Source of the DNA: Myxococcota bacterium | Lineage (GTDB): Bacteria > Myxococcota > JACRCW01 | Reading direction: 5' to 3' | Assembly (NCBI GenBank): GCA_040752415.1 | Contig: JBFMGU010000009.1 | Span: forward strand, 18,275-82,274 | Length of the DNA: 64,000 nt | Part shown: positions 42,501-52,140 of the stretch, piece by piece | How the letters are laid out: each line of letters opens with the position of its first letter | Position numbering within the stretch: the stretch's first letter is position 1 | Program-made: the position numbers and the translations under genes | Notes under the pieces: model-generated | The model's database searches: none | The model's input: the letters and a program-made list of their open reading frames with translations, nothing else | Told to the model about the DNA's origin: nothing

Positions 42501-44373
42501 CTTCCAGCACCTGCAGGTCCTCTCCGGTGGCAACCTCACCTTCACGCCCTACAACAGCGACACCGGTGAAACCGTCATCATGGGCAACCTCGACGTCGAC
42601 ACCGCCGTGACGCTGACCGGCTCGCAGCCGCTGCGGGTGGTGGGCACGTTGGACACGGTGAGCGGCAGCACCATCGACAACAACGCCATCCTGCTCGGCG
42701 GCCAGTCGGGCACCTCGCTGGTGGCGGGTGACTTCACGCCCAACACGGTGACCTTCCTCTCGTCGGGGGGGGATGCGCCGGCCAAGGCGGGCCTGGGTTA
42801 CCGCACCGTGATCGTGCAGGGCACCGTGACCTTCGGCGACGGCGCCACCATGAGCACGCTGACGCTCAACACCAGCACCGCCATTGCGCGCTTTGCTGGC
42901 GTGGCCACGGTGAACGGCAACGTCAGTGTGGACCTGGGAGAGGTTGTCGTCGACGGCACGGACGGTGTCACCGTCACCGGTTCCTTCACCACCGTCTACA
43001 ACGTCAGTGGTGGCGGCACGCTGCGCATGGAAGGTGGCGAGCTCGACGTCACGGGCGCGGTGACCTTCGGCGGCGGCAGCACCAACAACAAGCTCAGCGG
43101 CGGGACGCTGCGCGCACGCGGCGCTTTCGACGCCACCACCTCCGGCGCGTTCACGGCGGGTGGTGAGCACACGGTGATCCTGGAGGGCGCGGCCGCGCAG
43201 ACGGTCCGTTTCACTGGCGGCGGCGTGAACACCTGGCAGAACCACTTCCAGCACCTGCAGGTCCTCTCCGGTGGCAACGTCACCTTCACGCCCTACAACA
43301 ACGACACCGGTGAGACCGTCGTCATGGGCAACCTCGACGTGGCGTCGGACGGACATGACGTGCTGGGCGGTCAGCCGGTCCGCGTCGTGGGCGAGGTGTC
43401 CTCCGCCGCCACCACCACCATCCGGCTCAGCCGCATCCTGCTGGGCGGGGTCATGGGCACCACCCTGGTGGCCGGCACGTTCACGCCCACGGAGGCCCAT
43501 TTCGTCAACACCGTCGAGGCCACGCTCGACAGCGCGCTGGGCTATCGCACCGTGGTGGTGTTGGGGCCGGTGCAGGTGGAGAACGGGACCACCATGGAGA
43601 ACCTGACGCTCAACAGCGGCGCCGCCGCGGTGCGGCCACAGGGACGGATGGACGTGAATGGCACCGTCACCATCACCCGCGGAGAGCTGTTCATCGACGT
43701 GGGCGACGACGTCCGCGTCAGCGGCACCTTTACCACCGCGTATGACTTCTCCGGGGGCGGCACACTCAACATGCAGGGCGGCTCGCTCACCGTGGTGGGG
43801 AACATGACGTTCGGCGGCGGCAGCACCCAGGGCAAGCTCACCGCAGGAACCATCCACGCCAAGTCCGGGTTCGACGTGACGGCGGGAAGCGCGTTCTCCG
43901 CCAGCGGGTCCCACGTCGTCATCCTGGATGGCGCGAGCACCCAGCAGGTGCGCTTCAGCTCGGGCGGCACTTTCAACTACAACAACCACTTCCAGGAACT
44001 GGAGGTCCGCTCCGGCTCCACCGTCACGTTCGCGCCCTACAACAGCGACACCGGCAACGTGGTGGCGCTGGGCAACATGGACGTGGACACCGCCGTGACG
44101 CTGAGCCAGCCACTGCAGGTCTCCGGCGCCCTCCTCGTCGAGGCCACCGGCAACGTGGGCTTCTCGCGCAACACCACGGTGGGCACGGACCTGGATCTCT
44201 ACGGCACGGCCACCGTCAGCAATGCCACCATCATCATCAACAACACGCTCTACCAGCGCGACACCTCCACGCTCACCGTCAACGCCGGCGGCACGGTGAA
44301 CGTGGGCGGTGGTTGCTCGCGCTCGGCGGGTTACAGCCAGACGGGAACGGTGAACGGGCCGGGCTGCTCCTGA
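39529..44373 (+). CDS. giant repetitive surface lipoprotein (Cys knot, Asp/Ala linker, Ig/cadherin-like domain, beta-helix-like repeats)
   Basis: Lipobox ATGC; EYPCSSDADC; NRAPVA...AEDPDG...FRFRATDG; TWVGG...W..ANNW; ~248-aa Gly/Thr-rich repeats. Confidence 0.85.
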   Translation: MNRRSYMTPRALLLRALPLATLATGCYFLPTDEYPCSSDADCAGLPRSICDVEKNVCTNTTIVTILPWLQDGGLQTVVDSGVVVIIKDGGPPLPDAATSDDASIPDAATNPDGAVITDAAVAGDAALSDAGVVDLDGGTTDAATSDAAVGTDAGVDFDAAVGVDRYLPPGNRAPVAYGGALLTTPGVTGTGTLRAEDPDGNAITYVLLDPIPEGLTLLDASTGLYSFTSNTSGALTFRFRATDGQLTSNEALVEVRVVGDSLRSRTWVGGDGSNPRGWAVANNWSPPQIPDTNDDVLIPDTTNDPLVSANAVVHSIYVLAGAEIEVGGTAELNAKGDVMAGGLTRGTGKLVMEPPANAPSKAFGTFGNLDIRANAGTLGPVLADTLRVAGAQWFGQQVQFTVGGQRIEVTRTLTTENGGTLVMTSPLDYVVVGGKATFNGNSQGVLTNGVLELRNDLDILGGTAFTASDEHKVLLTGSSQTLRMSGGGTNNWSAHLQDLEVQSTLGVTFTSVNGDNSEHVIMGNLDVTSPTVTLRGSQTVRVLGDLVTVEQSTVDLAGIVLTATTGTELVAGAFTPDTVTFAATTEATMKSGLGYQAVRALGPVLVADGSTMDALSLQATTAVVRLEGNATVNGNVSVELGELVVDGADDVTVSGSFTTVYNVSGGGTLRMEGGELDVTGAVTFGGGNTNNKLIGGTLRARGAFDATTSGAFTAGGEHTVILEGAAAQTVRFTGGGVNTWQNHFQHLQVLSGGNLTFTPYNSDTGETVIMGNLDVDTAVTLTGSQPLRVVGTLDTVSGSTIDNNAILLGGQSGTSLVAGDFTPNTVTFLSSGGDAPAKAGLGYRTVIVQGTVTFGDGATMSTLTLNTSTAIARFAGVATVNGNVSVDLGEVVVDGTDGVTVTGSFTTVYNVSGGGTLRMEGGELDVTGAVTFGGGSTNNKLIGGTLRARGAFDATTSGAFTAGGEHTVILEGAAAQTVRFTGGGVNTWQNHFQHLQVLSGGNLTFTPYNSDTGETVIMGNLDVDTAVTLTGSQPLRVVGTLDTVSGSTIDNNAILLGGQSGTSLVAGDFTPNTVTFLSSGGDAPAKAGLGYRTVIVQGTVTFGDGATMSTLTLNTSTAIARFAGVATVNGNVSVDLGEVVVDGTDGVTVTGSFTTVYNVSGGGTLRMEGGELDVTGAVTFGGGSTNNKLSGGTLRARGAFDATTSGAFTAGGEHTVILEGAAAQTVRFTGGGVNTWQNHFQHLQVLSGGNVTFTPYNNDTGETVVMGNLDVASDGHDVLGGQPVRVVGEVSSAATTTIRLSRILLGGVMGTTLVAGTFTPTEAHFVNTVEATLDSALGYRTVVVLGPVQVENGTTMENLTLNSGAAAVRPQGRMDVNGTVTITRGELFIDVGDDVRVSGTFTTAYDFSGGGTLNMQGGSLTVVGNMTFGGGSTQGKLTAGTIHAKSGFDVTAGSAFSASGSHVVILDGASTQQVRFSSGGTFNYNNHFQELEVRSGSTVTFAPYNSDTGNVVALGNMDVDTAVTLSQPLQVSGALLVEATGNVGFSRNTTVGTDLDLYGTATVSNATIIINNTLYQRDTSTLTVNAGGTVNVGGGCSRSAGYSQTGTVNGPGCS
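41419..43340 (+). repeat. 744-bp near-identical intragenic tandem repeat (~2.5 copies)
   Basis: ACGGTGAACGGCAACGTCAGTGTGGA at 41419, 42163, 42907; only a few substitutions between copies downstream of ~41490. Confidence 0.95.
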
Positions 44374-44377
44374 GCCG

Positions 44378-45313
44378 TCACGGCGCCAGCAACGAGATCC
44401 CGAACGCCGCGGAGAAGACCACGCCCATCACCAGCGCCAACGCGGAGAGCCCCACCGCGCCGCCCAGCGCCACGTTGGCCAGGAACGCCACGTTGGCGTT
44501 GACCTTGTGCGTACCGCCCGGGCGCCCGCCGCTGAGGAAGTCCACGCCGGCCACCACGCCCGCCCCCGCGTACAGCCCCGCGGAGAGCATCAGCACCAGG
44601 GCAAACATGGCCGCGCCGGCAATACCCACCGCGCGCGCCGCCACGGCGGGCTGGAACGCGCCGGTGGGGGCGGGCTCGGGAGGCTTTTCCGTCGTGGGAG
44701 CGGGCGGGGGCGCGGTGGCGGGCGGCGGGGCGTCGGGAACGGGTGTGGCCACCAGCTCGCGCACCGTGGGTGTTTCCGGAACCGGGGCGGGGACGGGCGG
44801 AGGCGTCGGTGCCAACGGGGCCAACCTGGCCTGCGCGATCATCTTCTCCGCCGCCGGATGCAGCGCGTCCAACAACGCTTCCTCGTCCTTGCCCTTGAAG
44901 CGCTGGCTGAGCGTGGCCACCACCTTGGACGACGCCACCTCCAGCATGCGCAGGTTCAGCAGGTAGCTGCTGCCCAGCTTGCCCATGTTCCCCACCAGCA
45001 GGTGCGTCACCCCCAGCGCACCCGCCATGTCCTGGTCCACCAGCGCGCACTCGTCGGAGGCGCAGCGCATCAGGAACTTCTGCTGCTCCGGCGGCATCAA
45101 CGCGGCAATGTCCTGCGGCGTCACCACGCGCGTGAACACGTTGGCGGCGCGCATCTCCGCCACCAGCGCCTCCGTCAGCAGCTCCGCCACCGGCGCGGGA
45201 ACGTTGACCTTGGCCTCCAACGGAAACACCGCCAGGGAGGCCTTCTGCTCGTCGGCGCGCGAGGGCGCGGCGGCACCGAGCAACACCATCACGCACGCAA
45301 CGCGAAGCATCAT
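44378..45313 (-). CDS. exported protein with CsgG/TolB-N-like domain, Pro linker and two C-terminal hydrophobic helices
   Basis: Signal AAAPSRA; LAVFPLE...CASDEC...ALGVTHLLVGNMGKLGSSYLLNLRML; PAPVP linker. Confidence 0.7.
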   Translation of the reverse strand: MMLRVACVMVLLGAAAPSRADEQKASLAVFPLEAKVNVPAPVAELLTEALVAEMRAANVFTRVVTPQDIAALMPPEQQKFLMRCASDECALVDQDMAGALGVTHLLVGNMGKLGSSYLLNLRMLEVASSKVVATLSQRFKGKDEEALLDALHPAAEKMIAQARLAPLAPTPPPVPAPVPETPTVRELVATPVPDAPPPATAPPPAPTTEKPPEPAPTGAFQPAVAARAVGIAGAAMFALVLMLSAGLYAGAGVVAGVDFLSGGRPGGTHKVNANVAFLANVALGGAVGLSALALVMGVVFSAAFGISLLAP

Positions 45314-45478
45314 GCGGCACCCTGGAGATGACGCGCGCATCATAGGCGTGCGGCCCCCTGGGCGTCCACGTGGGCGCCGGCGTTTCCCGCCGTGACGACG
45401 TGTGGACACCACGCTGCTTTCCCCCTAATGACTTCGCGCCGACCGCGGGCGTGGCCCAGGGTCGGTCGGAGCAACGCC

Positions 45479-46825
45479 ATGAAACCCACTCCTCCCGCCC
45501 TGCCCGCACTTCCCCTCGTGGGCAACGCGGTGCAATTCGCCACGCGTCGTCATGAGTTCCTGCGGGAGGGTCTGCAGCGCCTGGGTCCCATCTTCTCCTT
45601 CAAGCTGGCGCGCCAGCCCGTGGCCGTGTTGATTGGGCCGGAATTCCACCAGGAGTTCTTCGTCCAGACCGACGCCACGCTGAACATCGAGAAGCCGTAC
45701 ACGCATCTCGCCGCCATGTTCGGCAAGGTGGCCTTCCTGGGCCCGCACCAGACCTACCTGGAGCAGCGTCCCCTGCTGCAGGCGCCGTTCAAGCCGGAGA
45801 AGATGGCGCGCTACGTGGGCATCATGCAGCGCGAGGTGCAGCGTTGGATCGACGGGCTGGGCACGCAGGGCGAGATGGACCTCAGCGCGGAGATGGGCCG
45901 GCTGGTGCAGAACGTGGCGGGCTTCACGCTGATGGGGGAGGACTTCCAGAACCGCGTGGGTCGGGAGTTCTGGGAGCTGTACGCGGTGCTGGGTCGCACG
46001 CTGAACTTCGTGGTGCCGCCGCACTGGCCGCTGCCGCGCAATCTCCGTCGGGACCGCGCCAGGAAGCGCATGACGGAAATCCTGCAGCCCATCATCGCGG
46101 AACGCCGCGCCCACCCGGAGAAGTACGACGACTTCCTGCAGGACTTCATCAACACGCCCACCCGCAGCGGCACCCACGCCGACGACGAGACCGTGGTGGG
46201 CCTGCTCAAGGCGTTGATGTTCGCCAGCCATGAGACCACCGCGGGCCAGGCCGCGTGGACCATGATCGAGCTGCTGCGCCATCCCGGGTTCCACTTGCGC
46301 GTGCAGCAGGAGGTGGCCACGCACCTGCCCGCGGGCACGGTCATGGACCACAAGGTGCTGCGGCACTTCGAGAACATCCTGTGGGCCGTGCGGGAGGTGG
46401 AGCGCCTGCATCCCTCCGCGGACATGTTGATGCGCATTGCCGACGTCGACATCGAGCTGGGCGACTACCGCATCCCCCAGGGCTGGCTGGTGATGGTCTG
46501 CTCCGCCGTGGCGCACCGCTCGCCCACGCTCTTCAAGGACCCGGACCGCTTTGACCCGCTGCGCTTCGCCCCGGACCGCGCGGAGGACCGCCAGCACGGC
46601 TACGCGCTCATCGGGTTTGGCGGCGGCAAGCACAAGTGCGCGGGCATGAACTTCGCCAACACGGAGATGATGGTCATCACCGCCATGATGACCCAGCAGC
46701 TGGAGCTGGACCTGCTCACCCCCAATCCGCGGGTGCACTACGGGATGGGCGCGGGTCGACCGGAGAAGACGCTGGTGCGCTACCGTCGTCGACCGGTGCC
46801 GCTGGCCGTGCCGTCCGTGGCGTGA
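45479..46825 (+). CDS. cytochrome P450, CYP51-like
   Basis: FASHETT (I helix), EVER (ExxR), FDPLRF, FGGGKHKCAG heme motif; Y...MFG, RRDRAR, AWTMIELLRHP recall CYP51. Confidence 0.9.
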   Translation: MKPTPPALPALPLVGNAVQFATRRHEFLREGLQRLGPIFSFKLARQPVAVLIGPEFHQEFFVQTDATLNIEKPYTHLAAMFGKVAFLGPHQTYLEQRPLLQAPFKPEKMARYVGIMQREVQRWIDGLGTQGEMDLSAEMGRLVQNVAGFTLMGEDFQNRVGREFWELYAVLGRTLNFVVPPHWPLPRNLRRDRARKRMTEILQPIIAERRAHPEKYDDFLQDFINTPTRSGTHADDETVVGLLKALMFASHETTAGQAAWTMIELLRHPGFHLRVQQEVATHLPAGTVMDHKVLRHFENILWAVREVERLHPSADMLMRIADVDIELGDYRIPQGWLVMVCSAVAHRSPTLFKDPDRFDPLRFAPDRAEDRQHGYALIGFGGGKHKCAGMNFANTEMMVITAMMTQQLELDLLTPNPRVHYGMGAGRPEKTLVRYRRRPVPLAVPSVA

Positions 46826-46866
46826 CGTTTGCACCGACGGGGCGTTCCCACGTCCCAGGAGCTCCC

Positions 46867-47814
46867 GTGAGACCGCGCCCCCTCCCCGGCCTGTGTGTTG
46901 CGCTGGTGATTTCGTGCAGCCACGGCGCAAATCGTCCTGCCACGCCACCCGCGGAATGCCGCTCCGTACCAATGTACGAGGGTTCCATTCACGCGGGCAG
47001 CATCTACGCGCAGCCCTTCCTGGAGCCGCGCAGCAAGACGCACCAGTCGCTGGATTGCGGCAGCGGTCCGCTGGCGGTGTACACGCTGGAATACGCCGAC
47101 TCCGACGAGGCGGAGCGTGCCACCGCGTTCTTCGGCGCGCGCCTGTGGGGCGGACCCGGCCCCTCCGCGCAACATCCGGACGAGCTGCTGCGCAAGGGCA
47201 CCGTGGTGGTGATCATCTCCGGCGCCAACCCCGCGCCGCTCCTTCCCACGTACACCCGCCAGGGCTTCCAGCCCCACCGCGACAACGACGCCACCGCCAT
47301 CCATGTCCCGCAGGACATCTCCGCCCAGGTGCTGGCGGAGGTGCGCAAGCGCCTGGACTGCGCCACGAGCCCACGTCACTGCGCCGCGCTCGACGGGTTT
47401 GCCAACGGAGCGCCTCCGCTGCCCATGGCGCGGCCCAGCATCGGGAGCATGGTGCTGTTGGGTCCGGGTGCGGGAGAGCGGCGGGAGCAGCTGGCGTGGC
47501 TGATTGTCGACGCGGGCGGGCTGCTCAGTGGGGATCTGCGACCGGAGAACGCGGACGAGGAACGGCAGGTGCGGGAGCTGCTGGCCATGCTGTCGTCGGG
47601 GAAGGCGGTTCCCGCGGATCATCCGCTGCACGCGCTCGTGGCGTCGGTGGCGCGCGAGAAACGTCGGCCCACGGCGACCGCGGGACGCAGCATCACGCTG
47701 GAGGACGGGGGCGACTACTGGGTGCGCGACGTGGGGAATGACGTCGTGGTGATCACGGCGTTCCAGGAGCGGGGCGGGGTGGCGTTGGTGGTTGGGGTGT
47801 TTCCCCGCGGCTAG
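46867..47814 (+). CDS. hypothetical lipoprotein
   Basis: AGGAG RBS before GTG; lipobox VISC; co-oriented in apparent operon. Confidence 0.6.
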   Translation: MRPRPLPGLCVALVISCSHGANRPATPPAECRSVPMYEGSIHAGSIYAQPFLEPRSKTHQSLDCGSGPLAVYTLEYADSDEAERATAFFGARLWGGPGPSAQHPDELLRKGTVVVIISGANPAPLLPTYTRQGFQPHRDNDATAIHVPQDISAQVLAEVRKRLDCATSPRHCAALDGFANGAPPLPMARPSIGSMVLLGPGAGERREQLAWLIVDAGGLLSGDLRPENADEERQVRELLAMLSSGKAVPADHPLHALVASVAREKRRPTATAGRSITLEDGGDYWVRDVGNDVVVITAFQERGGVALVVGVFPRG

Positions 47815-47830
47815 GCGGTTGGGAGTGAGC

Positions 47831-49324
47831 ATGTCCAGGGCGGAACGGGCGCAACTGTTTGGCGGACTGCTGCTGCTCTACGGCGCCCTGTCCAGCGGCC
47901 GGCTCATGGCCTCCGACGAGATCGAGATGGTGAAGTCCGCCGTGACCATGAGCGGGCTGGTCCCCGGCGAGGGCGAGCTGAGTCGTTACGCGCCGGGCAT
48001 GCCCCTGCTGGAGGTGCCCTTCATCTGGCTGGCGCGCGTGGTGACCCTGGTGCTCGGTCCCGAAGTGGAGGTCACCGCGGCGCGCTTCACGTTGTTCCTG
48101 CTTCCCCCGCTGCTCGGCGCGCTGTGTGGCCTGCTCACCTGCCTGCTCGCGTTGCGGATGGGGCAGTCCCGTCGGGCGGCGCTGGTGAGCGCGCTGCTGG
48201 CCAGCCTGGGAAGCCCGTTGCTGGTCTACGCCACGCGTCTCCTCTCGGAGCTGCCCCAGGCGGTGGTGGTTTTGCTCGCGGTGTGGGCTGTCCACGACGA
48301 GAAACAGTCGCCCGAGGCCCAGGCGCCACGGCTCGGAGCGGCCATGTCCGCCATGTGCATCATCAAGCCGTTCACCATGATCCTCGTCGGGGCGCCCCTG
48401 GGTCTGTTGCTGCTGCTCCGCGCGTGGCGCGGCAACATCGACCAGCGCGTGGGCGCCTGCCTGCGCGTGACGGCGGGCGCGGTGCTGGCCGCGGTGCCCG
48501 GCGTGGCCATCTACGCGGCGTTCAACATGGCCCGCTACGGCACCGTGGTGGACCAGGGCTACGCGAACGAGGGGTTCAGCTACGACGTCATCACCGGCCT
48601 GTACGGCCAGCTCCTCAGCTCCGGGACCGGCCTGCTGGTGTTCATGCCGCTGGCCCTCCCGGCCCTGGCCTCGCTGGCCCTCGCCACCTCGTCGTCGACA
48701 ACGACGCAGCGCTGGGCGCTCCTGGGTGTTCCCGCCGCGGTGATGCTGGGCTACGGCCTGTGGTGGTCGTGGCACGGCGGCTGGGCGTGGGGCGCGCGCT
48801 TCGTGGTCCCGGTGCTGCCGCTGCTGGCGCTGGCCGCCGGGGGCATGGATTGGAACGCCGGGCCGCACTGGCGTCGTCACGCGTTGGTGGTGCTGGGTGT
48901 GCTCTCGGTGTTGGTGCAGCTGCCCGGCGTGGCGGTGTCCTTCCAGGATTACGCCGCGCATGTGTTCCAGGCGTGCCAGTCCACCTTCCCCAACCGCTTC
49001 ACGCTCGCCGACCCGGAGCGCATGTTCTACGACGACCAGACCAACGTGCACTTCATCCCCATGTTCAGCCCGCCGCTCGGTCACGCGTGGATGGCGTTGG
49101 AGCGCGCCTTCAGCCTGGGCCTGCCCGCGCCGTGGGAGCACCTCAAGCTGTGCCAGCCCGTGGTGGTTCCGCCCGCGCCGCTGGAGTTCTGGTGGTCGCG
49201 CATGGCCGCCACGCAGCCGCAGCTTGCGGGGTTTGCGTACACGTCCGCGCTGGCGCTGCTGGCGGGTGGAGCCACGCTGCTGTGGCGGACCTGGCGCGGC
49301 ACCACACCCTCCGTCGACGCGTGA
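47831..49324 (+). CDS. GT-C fold (PMT/ArnT-like) membrane glycosyltransferase
   Basis: SDE acidic pair after TM1, SRYAPG, LLSE, GLYGQLLSSGTGLLVFMP, WHGGWAWGARF; >10 TM. Confidence 0.7.
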   Translation: MSRAERAQLFGGLLLLYGALSSGRLMASDEIEMVKSAVTMSGLVPGEGELSRYAPGMPLLEVPFIWLARVVTLVLGPEVEVTAARFTLFLLPPLLGALCGLLTCLLALRMGQSRRAALVSALLASLGSPLLVYATRLLSELPQAVVVLLAVWAVHDEKQSPEAQAPRLGAAMSAMCIIKPFTMILVGAPLGLLLLLRAWRGNIDQRVGACLRVTAGAVLAAVPGVAIYAAFNMARYGTVVDQGYANEGFSYDVITGLYGQLLSSGTGLLVFMPLALPALASLALATSSSTTTQRWALLGVPAAVMLGYGLWWSWHGGWAWGARFVVPVLPLLALAAGGMDWNAGPHWRRHALVVLGVLSVLVQLPGVAVSFQDYAAHVFQACQSTFPNRFTLADPERMFYDDQTNVHFIPMFSPPLGHAWMALERAFSLGLPAPWEHLKLCQPVVVPPAPLEFWWSRMAATQPQLAGFAYTSALALLAGGATLLWRTWRGTTPSVDA

Positions 49325-49359
49325 GCGGTGTGCTACACGTCGTGGCGGAGGGCGGAACC

Positions 49360-49716
49360 ATGAGCGAGCAAGCGCTGCAGCGCGTCCGTGAGATCTGCCT
49401 GGCGCTCCCGGAGGCGGAGGAGAAGGTGAGCCACGGGCGACCGTGCTTCCACGTGCGCAACAAGAGCTTCGTGATGTTCATGGACAACCACCACAACGAC
49501 GGGCGCCTGGCCATCTGGTGCAAGTCCGCGGCCGAGGTGCAGGACCTGCTGGTCCAGGCCGACCCCAAGCGCTTCTTCATCCCGCCCTACGTGGGCCACC
49601 AGGGCTGGGTGGGCGTGCGGCTCGAGGGGAAGGCGCCGTGGGGCAGGATTGCCGAGGTGATTCGCGACGGCTACCGGATGAGCGCTCCCAAGCGCCTCCT
49701 CGCGCAGCGCGCATGA
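49360..49716 (+). CDS. MmcQ/YjbR family protein
   Basis: ICLALPEAEEKVSHGRPCFHVRNK, RFFIPPYVGHQGWVGVRL. Confidence 0.88.
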   Translation: MSEQALQRVREICLALPEAEEKVSHGRPCFHVRNKSFVMFMDNHHNDGRLAIWCKSAAEVQDLLVQADPKRFFIPPYVGHQGWVGVRLEGKAPWGRIAEVIRDGYRMSAPKRLLAQRA

Positions 49717-50414
49717 ACCACGTCGACCTCGTCCTCTCCAGCGGCTTCCTCGCCTTCGCGCGGCACGCGGGTTTCCTCGCCGCGGTGGAGGCGCGCGGCT
49801 TCCACGTCGAAGCGTTGTGCGGAACCTCGTCGGGTGCGGTGTGCGCGGCGTTGTGGGCGGCGGGCCGGAGCGCGGCGGAGATCACCGAGACCTTCCGTGG
49901 GCTCTCGTTGATGTCGTTGGGGCGGCCCAGCGCCACCTTCTGGCGGGGCGTGCTCTCCATGGGCGCGTTCACGGACTTCCTGCGGGACCAGCTGCCCGCG
50001 CGCTTCGAGGAGCTGCCGCGGCCGCTCGCCGTGGGTGTCGTCGACCAGACCGGCGCGCACCAGCTGCTCACCAGCGGTCCGCTTCCGGAAGCGGTGGCGG
50101 CCTCCTGCGCCATGCCCTTCATCTTCAGCCCGGTTCCCGTGGCCAACACGCGCTACGCCGACGGAGGCGCCGCGGACCGCCTGGGGCTGGGCGCGTACCG
50201 GCGGTGGCGGAAGGAGGCGCGTCTCGTCGTGGCGCACTGGGTGGAGCGCACCGCGGGCAAGGACGTGGAGGCCGCGCTGGAGGGCACGGTGGTGGTCCGC
50301 ACTCCCCGCAGCGGCGCGCGTTTCTGGAACCTGGGCGACGTGCGCGCGCAGATGGAGGAGGCGCGCGAGATCACGCGACAGGCCCTGGAGCAGCTCCGTC
50401 CCGACGAGCGTTGA
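49713..50414 (+). CDS. patatin-like phospholipase
   Basis: LVLSSG..AFARHAG, GTSSG nucleophile, ASCAMP, ADGG; ATGA overlap. Confidence 0.88.
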   Translation: MNHVDLVLSSGFLAFARHAGFLAAVEARGFHVEALCGTSSGAVCAALWAAGRSAAEITETFRGLSLMSLGRPSATFWRGVLSMGAFTDFLRDQLPARFEELPRPLAVGVVDQTGAHQLLTSGPLPEAVAASCAMPFIFSPVPVANTRYADGGAADRLGLGAYRRWRKEARLVVAHWVERTAGKDVEAALEGTVVVRTPRSGARFWNLGDVRAQMEEAREITRQALEQLRPDER

Positions 50415-50590
50415 GCCTCACGCCCCCAGCGGCGGCAGGGGGAACGTCCGACGCGCACCAAGCGCACCGGCCCAGCCCGGTCAGTGGCCACCCCGCCCGG
50501 CCGCCACGACTCCCGCAGTCGCCCGGATCCCACCCGCGCCACGCAACACCGGGCCACCCGCCACGAGAATCTCCTGTAGGTCCTTTCACC

Positions 50591-51304
50591 ATGCGCACCC
50601 CGTTCGCCCCCCTCCTGGTGTTGTCCGCGGGCCTGGCCGCCATCCCCGCCGCCGCGGCCGCGCCCGCGCGTGAGCCCGTGTTGGTGCTGTTCGGGACCAT
50701 GGAAGTGCCCAAGCGGCAGGGCGGCATCCTGCGGCACCGCCAGGACGGGCAGGTGGCGGAGGTGCTGGTGGCCCCCGGTGACGAGGTGAAGCTGGGCCAG
50801 GCGTTGCTGACCTACCGGGATGAGGCGGCGCGGCGGCGGCTGGAGGCGGCGCAGGCGCGGTTCGAAGCGCTGCTGGCGGAGTCCGACGTGGACCAGGCCG
50901 CCATGGGCGCGGCGCGGGATGAGCTGAAGCGCGCCGAGCAGGCGGTGCAGGCCCTGGTGCTGCATGCGCCGGCCGCGGGCCTGGTCACCGACGTCAGCGC
51001 GGCTCCCGGTCGCACCGTGCGCGCCCGCGACGAGGCAATGTGCCTGCTGGTGCCCGAGAAGAAGACGCGCGTGGCCCACGTGGTGGCGCAGCCCCAGAAG
51101 GGGATCCGCGTGGAGGAGGGACGGACCCTGCGCGTGCGCGTGGGCTCCGACGAGATCGAGGCCACCGTGCAGACGGTGAAGCACCGACGCGGCCAGTTGG
51201 AGCTGACGCTGGTGCTGGAGCGCGCTCCCGCGCAGGACGCCAAGGGCCCGGTGGGCGTGCGCCTGGATTTCACGCCGCTGGCGCAGGCCAAAGACGGCAC
51301 CTGA
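50591..51304 (+). CDS. HlyD/membrane-fusion adaptor-like protein
   Basis: Signal; GQVAEVLVAPGDEVKLGQAL lipoyl half, coiled coil, LHAPAAGLVTDV...GRTV. Confidence 0.75.
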   Translation: MRTPFAPLLVLSAGLAAIPAAAAAPAREPVLVLFGTMEVPKRQGGILRHRQDGQVAEVLVAPGDEVKLGQALLTYRDEAARRRLEAAQARFEALLAESDVDQAAMGAARDELKRAEQAVQALVLHAPAAGLVTDVSAAPGRTVRARDEAMCLLVPEKKTRVAHVVAQPQKGIRVEEGRTLRVRVGSDEIEATVQTVKHRRGQLELTLVLERAPAQDAKGPVGVRLDFTPLAQAKDGT

Positions 51305-51512
51305 AGAAACCCTGACTCCGCGGGTCATCCCCTTCCCGAAGAGCGGAGGAAGGGATGGCGTTGTGCCTGCCGCAAGCGCTGCGGAAGCAGGCCCCGTTTC
51401 CGCAGCGGTTGCGCCGCACGCTTCCGACGCCACCCACGTTCCCGCGGCACGCGCGCTGCAGTGACTCCGCGCGGACGCCGTTGCCCTGCAATGGCCACGT
51501 TGTGAGGCCACC

Positions 51513-52121
51513 ATGCTCCCCACCTCCGTTCAGCTCGATGTCACGAGACCCGACAGCTATGAGCGACCCCAGCTGGCCATCCGTCTGTTGCTGATGGTGG
51601 TGCTGGCGGTGATGGGCGCGCCGCTGGGCTGGTTCGTGGGCGTGCTCTACCTGGCGCTGCCGCTGGTGGCCGCCGTCGGCATCTCCGACCGCGGCGGCGC
51701 GCGCTACCTGGAGGAGCTGGGCCCCCCGCTGGAGCGTGGGCTGCGCTGGCTCCTGGCGCTGTTCGCCTACGTGGGCCTGCTCACCGACCGGCTGCCCACC
51801 GCCAACCCCTCCCGCCAGGTCACCTTCGTCGTCGAGCGCGGCGGCACGCCCACCGTTTCCTCGTCGTTGATGCGCCTGCTCACCGCGCTGCCCACCCTGG
51901 TGTTGCTGGTGGTGGTGGGCATCCTGGGCGCGGTGCTGTGGCTGCTGGCGTTCTTCTTCGTGCTCACCACCGGAAGCTATCCGTCGTCGCTGTTCGACTT
52001 CCTGCGCGGCGTGCTGCGCCTGGTGGCGCGACTGTTTGCCTACCAGGCCTCCCTGGTGGAGGGCCCCGCGCCGTTGGAGTTCACCGTCACGCCCGGACCT
52101 CCGGTGGCCCTGCCGCGCTGA
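51513..52121 (+). CDS. DUF4389-like membrane protein
   Basis: Duplicated hydrophobic unit; FFVLTTGSYPSSLFDFLRGVLRLVARLFAY. Confidence 0.75.
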   Translation: MLPTSVQLDVTRPDSYERPQLAIRLLLMVVLAVMGAPLGWFVGVLYLALPLVAAVGISDRGGARYLEELGPPLERGLRWLLALFAYVGLLTDRLPTANPSRQVTFVVERGGTPTVSSSLMRLLTALPTLVLLVVVGILGAVLWLLAFFFVLTTGSYPSSLFDFLRGVLRLVARLFAYQASLVEGPAPLEFTVTPGPPVALPR

Positions 52122-52140
52122 CCTGGGTGACGACGTCAAC

